Shown here piece after piece: positions 44,200 through 53,122 of a stretch of DNA of 54,321 bases (position 1 is the first letter of the stretch; the number at the start of each line of letters is the position of its first letter). The stretch lies in the IMG/VR virus record IMGVR_UViG_3300036985_004801, positions 1-54,321 of that record, one strand, 5' to 3'. The notes under the pieces were generated by a model, which was not told where the DNA came from, did no database searches, and worked only from the letters and a program-made list of their open reading frames with translations. Source of the stretch: a virus (Duplodnaviria; Caudoviricetes). Made by a program: the position numbers and the translations under genes.

Positions 44200-47100
44200 A
44201 TGAAAAGGCAATTAGCAAAAAAAATTGATAAATTTAAATTGGGAGGAACACCTAATTTGAATACTGTGTATATCAATAATTTGACAAAGATGCTCAACAA
44301 TACTGTAGGAAATAATCAATTATCCCAAGCTGAATATGGCATGGATATGCAATTTGGTGATCCTACTAAACCAAAAAAACCACAGACTGCTAAACCTGTA
44401 CAACCATATTACACATCTGATCGTAAAGATTATGATTATCATGTGCAGGCGAAACTTGATAGTTTCGCTTTATATAATTACACCAAGTTACAAAGAGAAC
44501 TTGAAAAAGGTACAGACCGTAATTCAAGAATGAGTCAATATTTGGGTAGTCCAGTATATACAGAAGAGGGTGTAAAAGGGCAAAAAATCTTAAAAAAAGA
44601 AGCGGCTAAAATTTTAAAAGAACACCCTAATATAAAAAGTGGGACTTATAAAGAACCTAAAAGTTATAAAAGTTATTCAGGTAGTTGGGATGTCCATCAC
44701 CCTAAAATTAAGCCTCAAGGAACGTGGTCAGGTCATGCATTAAATGATGATTATTCTAATGCAAAACCAGTACAAGAAGTTATTTTTAGAGCAAATAATA
44801 ATACTATAAAGAAGACATTAACACCTATACCTACAAAAGTAAAATATGCTAATAAGAAAAAGACAATAACAAATGTTAATGCAGTACCAGAAGATAAAGT
44901 AATACCTCAAGATGAGATTACACCTCTTGATCCTATGTCTTTTCCACAAGTTGCAAGACCTGAGCAACAAATTATTCCAGCTCCACCATATGTAAAACCT
45001 GTTCATTATGCTGGCCCAAGATATGGTACATTAGCTGGGGATGAGAATCTTAATTTACCTGAAGGATATACTCAAGAACAAAGAGAAGCAGCTAGAAGAA
45101 AGTTTGCTGCTGATGAGTTTACAAGAAAAACTTTAGAGTACCAACAACAACAAAGAGGTACTCAACCTGTTGTTCAAACACGTAAAGAAGGAGGAGAACC
45201 ATTTAGTTTGAATACCAAGTATATTAATAATTTAACAAATATTCTTAATAATGTGGCAGGAAATAATCAATTATCTCAAGCTGCATACGGTATGAACATG
45301 CAACCTGGTGGTCCTGATAAACCTGTAAAACCAAATAATATAACAACACAAGATACTGATATTTCCTTAGAAGATTATTTAAAACTATATGAAAATTCTT
45401 TAGCTTTAGAAAAAGGTATTACAAGTATGCCTAATTATAAATTACAAGGGTCAAGTAATAATGTAGATGATTATTTAAAACAATTAGCACAAGCAAGAGA
45501 ATATTGGGCTGATTCTCCAAAAGAATTAGAACAATTACAAAGTCAATTAAAATCTAATTTATTAAATAAAACTGATCAGCAACGTAAATATGCAGAACTA
45601 TCTGTAGCAAGAAAAATAGAAACAAATAATATTAATGATTATCATACAGTTGTATCACCAAATAGTTTTTATCAAAGAGATCTATCAAATGGTTTTGTAA
45701 ATAAAAATTTTCCACCTGCATATTATGATTCTAGAGTAAAACCTTCTTCAAGAAATAATTATAGTTATCAATCTTCTGATGAAAATGATAATTTTTTTGA
45801 TAACATTGAAGTATATAAATATGATCCAGTTGAAGTTAAAAAACAAGCCTTATTAAAATATGCTGATTCTGAAGAAGCTTTTCAAAATATTTTAAATAAC
45901 TCTACAGGAAATGATATAGCTCCATTAAAACGTATACCATATGCACAATCTGTGCAACCCAAACAAGAAATAATACCTGCTAAACCATATGTAAAACCTG
46001 TTCATTATAGAAATTGGAATCCTAGGTTTTATGAAAATGAAAATATGGAAATGCCAGAAGGATATACTCAACAAGATGTTGAAAAAGAAATAAGAAGAAG
46101 GCAATCAGCAGAATATGATAAAAGAGCATTAGAGTATCAAGAACAAGAAAAAGCTAAAATTACTAAAAGATTAAAACCAGCAGTTCTTACTGAAAATTTT
46201 AAAGAAGGAGGAGAACCAGATAAAACACTGCCTGATGAGGAATGGTATAAAAAGTATCAACAACAAAAAGCTAAATATGAAAGTGATAAAGCTAAGGGTA
46301 TAATATCTAGTACTGGTTATCAAGATGAAGTAACTGTTACACCTGCTAATAATAATAGACAAAAAGGAATACAAGTTACTCCTGAACAATATAAGGAATT
46401 AGAAAGAAAAAGTAAGGGGGAAAAGTGGGCAAAACAATTTGGTGAACAGTATAGTACATATGAATCTCAACCATGGAATCATACACCACAAAGTGCAGGT
46501 TCTGCTGATTGGTTCTGGACTTTACCTTTTGCTGCTCCAGCTGCAATAGAAGCTGCAGGTGCTATAGGAGCAATGTCACTTCCGTTTATGTCTACTATAC
46601 CAGGTGCTACTGTAGGTAATGCAGCAATGGCCGCAGGTATGGCTAATAGTTTTTATAAAGCTCCTCAAAATGTTAAAGATTGGTATGATGTATCACAAGG
46701 TACCAAAGATTGGAAAGAAGCAGCAGCAGGAACTGGAGAAATTGCTTTAGGTTTAATAGGATCAAAAGCAGGATTTAAGTCAGTTGCAGATGATGTTGCA
46801 CAAGGTGCTAAAACTGTTAGTAAAAGTGTTGGTAATACATATGATAATATTGCTGAAGGTGATAATTTTTTAAATTATGCATGGCAAAGTCCAGCAGCAA
46901 AAATTGATAGATTAGCTGGTGAACTTGATAAAATGCCAATGTCACAAAATATATTTGATAAAATTAAAAATAATACAAATATTTCATCTGAAGATAAACT
47001 TTTTATAAAAGATTATGAAATTGGTAGTGGACCATATACAGGTAGAGGGGTGTCTAATCCTGAAAGAAGAGCAAAACTTAATGAAATTTTAAAAAAAGCT

Positions 47101-47643
47101 AATATATCACTTGATGAACCAGCAGTAATTTCAAGAAGAATTGATTCAGCAAATAGTGATATATTTCATTTAGAAAATGGAGTATATAAACCAAATAGAA
47201 TTACTTCTTGGTCTGGAGGAAGAGATCATCTTGGAAATATAAAATATGATGGAGGTGTAGATAGAATGGTTGTAAAATTACCAAAAGGAGAACATAATAT
47301 TTTAAAAAATCCTTATATTCCACTTACAGAAGAGGAAGTAGCTGCATATGAACAACTACAAAGAGATGCAGGTAAGAGTTTTGATCCACGACTTCTTGGT
47401 GATAGATCCGGAGAAAGAGAATTATTATTAGGAGAAAATGCTCAATTTAAAAAGATGGGTAAAGTAAAAAATTTATTTGGAGGTCATGATTTTATTATGA
47501 AACCTAAATGGCATTTACAACCAGCAACTATTGAAGGAGGATTTAAAAATGGTGGTGATGTTGAATCATGGGAAGATGATCTTGATAATGAACAAATAAA
47601 AGCTTATAGAAAAGCTGGGTATATTGTTAAAGTTATTAAATGA
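44200..47643 (+). CDS. modular internal virion (cargo) protein with C-terminal ADP-ribosyltransferase-like domain
   Basis: Start moved to ATG 44200; two duplicated modules; C-terminal ISRR...TSWS...ERELLL matches the R-S-ExE ART signature. Confidence 0.6.
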   Translation: MKRQLAKKIDKFKLGGTPNLNTVYINNLTKMLNNTVGNNQLSQAEYGMDMQFGDPTKPKKPQTAKPVQPYYTSDRKDYDYHVQAKLDSFALYNYTKLQRELEKGTDRNSRMSQYLGSPVYTEEGVKGQKILKKEAAKILKEHPNIKSGTYKEPKSYKSYSGSWDVHHPKIKPQGTWSGHALNDDYSNAKPVQEVIFRANNNTIKKTLTPIPTKVKYANKKKTITNVNAVPEDKVIPQDEITPLDPMSFPQVARPEQQIIPAPPYVKPVHYAGPRYGTLAGDENLNLPEGYTQEQREAARRKFAADEFTRKTLEYQQQQRGTQPVVQTRKEGGEPFSLNTKYINNLTNILNNVAGNNQLSQAAYGMNMQPGGPDKPVKPNNITTQDTDISLEDYLKLYENSLALEKGITSMPNYKLQGSSNNVDDYLKQLAQAREYWADSPKELEQLQSQLKSNLLNKTDQQRKYAELSVARKIETNNINDYHTVVSPNSFYQRDLSNGFVNKNFPPAYYDSRVKPSSRNNYSYQSSDENDNFFDNIEVYKYDPVEVKKQALLKYADSEEAFQNILNNSTGNDIAPLKRIPYAQSVQPKQEIIPAKPYVKPVHYRNWNPRFYENENMEMPEGYTQQDVEKEIRRRQSAEYDKRALEYQEQEKAKITKRLKPAVLTENFKEGGEPDKTLPDEEWYKKYQQQKAKYESDKAKGIISSTGYQDEVTVTPANNNRQKGIQVTPEQYKELERKSKGEKWAKQFGEQYSTYESQPWNHTPQSAGSADWFWTLPFAAPAAIEAAGAIGAMSLPFMSTIPGATVGNAAMAAGMANSFYKAPQNVKDWYDVSQGTKDWKEAAAGTGEIALGLIGSKAGFKSVADDVAQGAKTVSKSVGNTYDNIAEGDNFLNYAWQSPAAKIDRLAGELDKMPMSQNIFDKIKNNTNISSEDKLFIKDYEIGSGPYTGRGVSNPERRAKLNEILKKANISLDEPAVISRRIDSANSDIFHLENGVYKPNRITSWSGGRDHLGNIKYDGGVDRMVVKLPKGEHNILKNPYIPLTEEEVAAYEQLQRDAGKSFDPRLLGDRSGERELLLGENAQFKKMGKVKNLFGGHDFIMKPKWHLQPATIEGGFKNGGDVESWEDDLDNEQIKAYRKAGYIVKVIK

Positions 47644-47661
47644 TTTTATAGTAGATAGTTT

Positions 47662-50600
47662 ATGAAAAAGAGAGTAAGAATATATAAGGCTGGTGGCCAA
47701 ACAAATGAAATAGAAAACAATATGGGAAATCCAGAACAACAAATGCCTCAAGGTAATCCTGAAGCAATGCAGCAACAAATGCAACAAGGTCAACCTCAAC
47801 AAGGTGGTCAAGATCAACAGATGCAACAAATTATGCAGTTTGTTCAACAGATGCTACAACAAGGAGCACAACCTGCTGATATTGCTGCACAATTACTTGA
47901 AAGGCAAGTACCGCCTGAAGCTATTATGCAAATATTTGTTCAAATGGGTATGCAAGAAGCTGAAGCACAACAAACTATTCAAGCTGCTATGCAAAATGGT
48001 CAACCCCAACAACAACAAGGACAGGGTGAAGAACAAATGGAAGGACAAGCTTCTAATCCTCAAGAGGAACAACAAGAACAACAAGGACCTCCTCCTACTC
48101 AACCTGGTGCTCAAATGTCTTATGGCGGTGGATTACAAAGAAGACAACCTCTTTTTGCTGAAGGTGGAAATGTAGATCAAGATGAACTTGATACTGTTGT
48201 TAAAGATGTAGAAGCTTGGATGTCAAGTGATGTTGATACAGATACCATAATTCAACGTATTACCCAACAAGCACAAGATGGAGATATAAGTCCAGAAGTT
48301 GCAAAAATGATTTTAGATAAATTAAGTGAACAAAAACAAGCTAGTGATCCTAGTGGTTCAGATGTAGCCATGCAATCTCAATCAAATGATCCACAAGTAT
48401 ATACTCCTGAGATGGGTGCTCCAGATCAGCAAATGGGATATAGTAAGTTTGGTGGTAATCTTAAAAAATTATTAACTAAAGCTTATGGTGGATCAGCAGC
48501 TGCTCCTGAAGAAAGATCTAAAAATTATGCTGAAGACAGAACAAATATGTTTTTAGACACTATTAAAAATAATACATATAAGTCTATATTAAATGGTTCT
48601 TTCAACAGAGATGGTTCTGTTAGTGCTGCTTATACATCTCCTACTATGTCTTATGGTGGAGGTATTCCTAAAGCCGAAGGTGGAATTAATTTAAAAGATG
48701 GTAAGGTAGTAATTGATCCTACACAATATAAAAGTGAAGCTGAATATAAAGCTGCTGCATTAGATTGGAATTATGCAAATCCTCAGAATACAGTAGGTAT
48801 GGATCTATATAAAGCTAATCCATGGAAAGCTCCTGAAGTTGAGAAAGTAGATAAGGCTACATATACTTATGATGCAGCAAGTGGATCATTTAAACCAGCT
48901 GCCGCAGCAACTACAACTACCAATACAGGTGTTGCAAGAGCTGGAGATGTATTAGGTCAAGATGCTTATGGTGCTTTTGTTACTCATACAGATGGTTCAA
49001 TGCATAGAGTACCTGGCAATACTCCTGCTCCAGGTGCTTATACTCAGCAATATGGTGGATATGGTCAAGGAAACTTTAATCCAGTAGCTTATGGTAGACC
49101 AGGAAATACTTTATTTGATAATTTATATTCTGGTGCAAATCCATTGGGTAGGTTTTTAGCTAACTCAGGAAACAGATATTCCGATCTTAATGTTATAGGT
49201 AATAATTTACCAGGTGGTATGAGTGGTGCTGAATTTTTAGGTGCTGCTGGGAAAAATGGTTTATTCCCTGGTATGGCTGGAAAAATTGGTGATCAATCAT
49301 GGAGAATAGGTGAAGGTGAAGAATTTAAAGAAGGTAGTTTCTGGAAAGGTAATAGAAGAAAAGGTACAAGATATCAAGTTGATTGGGGTAATGCTGCTGC
49401 AATGAATCCTGTAGGCAATGTGCCTGGGTATAATCCAACTGCAGCTGGTCCCGGTTATTCTGGATATAATGCTGATGCAAATGGAGATGGTATTCCTGAT
49501 CTTTTAGTAAGACCAAATGAAACTACAGCACCTGTAGCAACTACTAATCCTGTTACAGCACCTGTAGCAGAGGATGTTACTCCTTCTTCTACTGATGCAT
49601 CTGTTCCTATTGCTACACCTGATCCTAATGCAGATGTAAATACACAATCTGTCAATAGTGGAACATATCCAGAAGATGATTATAATGCATTGGCTGATGT
49701 TACTAGAGCTGAATTAGAAAATTATAATTTAGAAAGACAAAGAGCTGCTTCAGAAGGTGCTATTAATGGTTATCCTGTAAATCAACAAGGTCAAGCACCT
49801 TTATATTCTGGTGAACAACCAATGATGTCTGCAACTGAACAAGATATATATCAAGCACCTTTAGATCAAGGATTTACTCAAAATAGTAATTATGCTGTTT
49901 ATGGTAATCCAACAACTACTGGAGTACCTGCTGAATATACTCCTGAGGCAGATGCTAGTACAGAAGTGCTTATGGAAAGTGATGGTCCTACTAATTATAA
50001 AGCACCTAAAAAACCTATAGCAAAAAAGAAAACTGTTTTATCACAAACATCTGCTGTAAAACAACAAGAAGCACAAAAGGCTGCAAAAAGATTAGCATTT
50101 GAAAATTTACATAATCCAACTACTAAAAATCAAGCAAACAGGAATACTTTTAAAACAGAGGAAGAATGGAACGCTTATCAAGATGTACTAAATAAAAATT
50201 TAGCTAGACAGAATGCTTTTGGTCTTAGCCGCGCATATGGTGGTAATATAGATCCTCAAGCATTGCATAATGCTATTAATTTAATTAATCGTGCTTATGG
50301 TGGAATGATACCAAGAGCTGGTGGTGGAATTGATTTAGGTTCTATAGATACAGATGTAAATAAAATGCCAGATTATTTGCAGTTTGAAAATCTTCCTGGA
50401 AATCAACCAAGTATCGGTGAAAATACTGGTACTTTAGAAACAAGTGCTGATAAAAAATTTAAAATAGATTGGAATTCTGCAGGAGATACATATATGACTA
50501 ATGCTCCAAAGGTGACTAACTTTATGAATAAAGCAAATGCTGCTCCAGGAGTGTTAGAAAATGAGATAGGTCGTCAGTCTGCAATAAATGATACTGCTAG

Positions 50601-50850
50601 ATCTTTTGAAAGTCAATCTCAAGGTATATATGATCAACAAGGTAATTGGATACCTAATAATATTGGTAATCAAAACTTACATCAAACTAATAGTAACTTT
50701 GCTGAACAAAATCAAATTAGTAAATATGGTGGTAATGTATTTAAATATGGTGGCAAAGTTTATGAGATGGGTGGTGTAGTAGATCTTACTGATGATGAGT
50801 TAGCTGAACTAAGAGCTGCTGGAGTGAATTTAACACAAGTAAATGGATAA
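47662..50850 (+). CDS. Q-rich, largely disordered internal virion (cargo) protein
   Basis: Many (Y/F/A/M)xxGG motifs, Q/M-rich N-terminus, DANGDGIPD Ca-loop-like motif. Confidence 0.6.
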   Translation: MKKRVRIYKAGGQTNEIENNMGNPEQQMPQGNPEAMQQQMQQGQPQQGGQDQQMQQIMQFVQQMLQQGAQPADIAAQLLERQVPPEAIMQIFVQMGMQEAEAQQTIQAAMQNGQPQQQQGQGEEQMEGQASNPQEEQQEQQGPPPTQPGAQMSYGGGLQRRQPLFAEGGNVDQDELDTVVKDVEAWMSSDVDTDTIIQRITQQAQDGDISPEVAKMILDKLSEQKQASDPSGSDVAMQSQSNDPQVYTPEMGAPDQQMGYSKFGGNLKKLLTKAYGGSAAAPEERSKNYAEDRTNMFLDTIKNNTYKSILNGSFNRDGSVSAAYTSPTMSYGGGIPKAEGGINLKDGKVVIDPTQYKSEAEYKAAALDWNYANPQNTVGMDLYKANPWKAPEVEKVDKATYTYDAASGSFKPAAAATTTTNTGVARAGDVLGQDAYGAFVTHTDGSMHRVPGNTPAPGAYTQQYGGYGQGNFNPVAYGRPGNTLFDNLYSGANPLGRFLANSGNRYSDLNVIGNNLPGGMSGAEFLGAAGKNGLFPGMAGKIGDQSWRIGEGEEFKEGSFWKGNRRKGTRYQVDWGNAAAMNPVGNVPGYNPTAAGPGYSGYNADANGDGIPDLLVRPNETTAPVATTNPVTAPVAEDVTPSSTDASVPIATPDPNADVNTQSVNSGTYPEDDYNALADVTRAELENYNLERQRAASEGAINGYPVNQQGQAPLYSGEQPMMSATEQDIYQAPLDQGFTQNSNYAVYGNPTTTGVPAEYTPEADASTEVLMESDGPTNYKAPKKPIAKKKTVLSQTSAVKQQEAQKAAKRLAFENLHNPTTKNQANRNTFKTEEEWNAYQDVLNKNLARQNAFGLSRAYGGNIDPQALHNAINLINRAYGGMIPRAGGGIDLGSIDTDVNKMPDYLQFENLPGNQPSIGENTGTLETSADKKFKIDWNSAGDTYMTNAPKVTNFMNKANAAPGVLENEIGRQSAINDTARSFESQSQGIYDQQGNWIPNNIGNQNLHQTNSNFAEQNQISKYGGNVFKYGGKVYEMGGVVDLTDDELAELRAAGVNLTQVNG

Positions 50851-50852
50851 TT

Positions 50853-53072
50853 ATGGCTAAGTATAAAATATCTGGATTTCCAAGTCAAAATGTGCCTAAG
50901 GCTGTTTTGCAAACTACAATGCAACCTGTGGCTAGAAATATTGCAAATGTAGAAGCTGAGAAAGGGGAAGTTGTTGTTACAAATTCAACTAGAGGTCCTA
51001 AGGAGGGAGATGGTGGTCAACACAATTATTTTGACATGTTTGATATTGGTGGCAAAAAACATTATGATGGTGGTACACCTTTACTTTTAGCAACTGATGG
51101 TGAGGGTGAGGGTAATGGTACGTCATTTATATTTAGTGACAACAAGAAGATGATAGTAAAAGATCCCAAGATGCTAGAATATTTTGGGGTTAATCCAAAA
51201 AAGCCACAAACCTTTGCGGATATTTCTAGAAATTGGGTAAAGTCTGTAAACAAATCAAAGCAGATACTTATTAATAGTGATGCAGATGCTGTAACAAAGA
51301 AGTCTGCAGAGATGACAATGGAAAATGCAGCATTTAAAATTGCGGCTTTAAAGTTATTGCAGGAATCTGGTAAGAATGGTTTTGGTGAGGGTATTCCAAA
51401 TAACTTAGATGTTTTCTTTGATAAGCTACAAGTAGATCCAAATAGTTTATTTGCTATGAATCAAGGTGATGCAGACAAAACAAATCAAGCTGTCACTAAA
51501 GCTTTTGGTGGTATAGTTAATTCTAACAATAATTATGATGAATTTCCTTCTTTATCAAAAGGTGGAGAATTGCCTAAAGCTGGATTAGGAGATAATGTAC
51601 AAGATCCTAAAGATGATTTAACTAAGTTTGGTAAATCAGATCCTACAGCTGAAAAACAATTTGCTTATATTAGAGATGTTTTAGCTAATGATGATAACTT
51701 TAAAGCAGCTTTAAAAAGAGAATACGATGATGCTGCTAGTCATCCAGAAAATTTTGGAGCAGGTTATAATGATGCATTTAAGTTAAATCCAGCAAGTAGA
51801 GATTTAGTTATTAAAAAAGATGCTAATGCTATTTTTGCAGATTACATGGAATTTCAAAAAAGAAATTTAATGTTAAAATCTCATGGTAGAGATGTTAAAG
51901 GTTCAGGACAACAACCTATAAAAGGTCAAGTAAGTAATAAAAATATAACTGAATGGACAAATGCTCATGGTGTTCCATTACCTAATAGAGATGGTGTAGC
52001 TTCTCAACAATTATCATATATTGCTTTTAATAAGTTAGCTGCTAATAAAGATAAATATAATGCTGAACTTGCAAAAGTTATGCAACCTTTTGAGGCAGAA
52101 AAAAGTGGTGCAGGAGATGAAATAGTATTTGGTTCTTCAGAAAAAGGAAGTATTTCAAAAGCAGATGGTGTATATACAGATACAACAGGAGGTGAAAATA
52201 GTAAGTTTACTTTTAAAGAACCAGAGGCTTCAAAAGCTATTGTTGATAATAAAGAACCTTCTTATCAAAAACCAACTAACTATAGAGGTTTAGGTGCTAC
52301 TAAAACGTTAAACAATCCTTATGCTTTAAGAAGAGAAGATCAACTTGGTATTGATCGTGCGATGCAAGCTAGATGGGAAATACCTGAAATTCATCCTTGG
52401 GCTAAAGCTCCTTCTATAGTATTTCCAGAAACAGTATATGATTCACCTGAAAGAAAAATAGCAGCTCAGAATGAACAATTAGGAATGTTTTTAAATAGTG
52501 GAAATGCTTTTGCTACTAGTCCTGGTCAAGCAGCTGCAAACTATGGTAATGTAGCTGCAACCGCTTATGGTAATGTAGCAGATGCTATAGACAATAGTGC
52601 TAAAGTTAATGAAAATTTATTTACTAATAATCAACTACAATATACTCAATTAGCAAATCAACAAAGTGCAGTAAATGCACAAATGTCTACTAATCAAGTT
52701 GATAAAGAAAATACTTTAAAACAAAATCTTGCTAATTCAGTAGGTATTGCTAAAGATAAGATTACAAATTTAGTTGCTAATGCTTGGACAAATGCTACAG
52801 ATAGATTTAATCTTAATGCTCTTAATGAGAATAAAAAATTAGATCCAATTACAGGACAACTATATCTAGCAAATGAGAAACCATTAACTCCTACTAGAGA
52901 TACATCTAAATCTTTTGGTGAAGAATTTAATGTTTTTGCAAGCAGCATGCCAGCAGATGTAAGTAATGACTTAAAAGTAAAAGCTTTCTTAGCATACAAG
53001 TCTGGTAAATATGTATTAGATCCAGTTAACGATGTTACTAAAGTTTCTGATTTAAATAATTATAACACATAA
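50853..53072 (+). CDS. internal virion (cargo) protein
   Basis: ANVEAEKGE...GGKKHYDGGTPL...FIFSD N-terminal motifs; N/Q/A-rich helical C-terminus. Confidence 0.6.
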   Translation: MAKYKISGFPSQNVPKAVLQTTMQPVARNIANVEAEKGEVVVTNSTRGPKEGDGGQHNYFDMFDIGGKKHYDGGTPLLLATDGEGEGNGTSFIFSDNKKMIVKDPKMLEYFGVNPKKPQTFADISRNWVKSVNKSKQILINSDADAVTKKSAEMTMENAAFKIAALKLLQESGKNGFGEGIPNNLDVFFDKLQVDPNSLFAMNQGDADKTNQAVTKAFGGIVNSNNNYDEFPSLSKGGELPKAGLGDNVQDPKDDLTKFGKSDPTAEKQFAYIRDVLANDDNFKAALKREYDDAASHPENFGAGYNDAFKLNPASRDLVIKKDANAIFADYMEFQKRNLMLKSHGRDVKGSGQQPIKGQVSNKNITEWTNAHGVPLPNRDGVASQQLSYIAFNKLAANKDKYNAELAKVMQPFEAEKSGAGDEIVFGSSEKGSISKADGVYTDTTGGENSKFTFKEPEASKAIVDNKEPSYQKPTNYRGLGATKTLNNPYALRREDQLGIDRAMQARWEIPEIHPWAKAPSIVFPETVYDSPERKIAAQNEQLGMFLNSGNAFATSPGQAAANYGNVAATAYGNVADAIDNSAKVNENLFTNNQLQYTQLANQQSAVNAQMSTNQVDKENTLKQNLANSVGIAKDKITNLVANAWTNATDRFNLNALNENKKLDPITGQLYLANEKPLTPTRDTSKSFGEEFNVFASSMPADVSNDLKVKAFLAYKSGKYVLDPVNDVTKVSDLNNYNT

Positions 53073-53122
53073 CTAATTTTTGTTTAACTTATAATTAATA
53101 TATTTACAATAAATAAAATAAC

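Noticed and set aside
44233-46218. Diversity-generating retroelement template/variable repeat pair
   Set aside because: Differences between copies are not adenine-specific, both copies are coding in-frame, and no reverse transcriptase is in the window.
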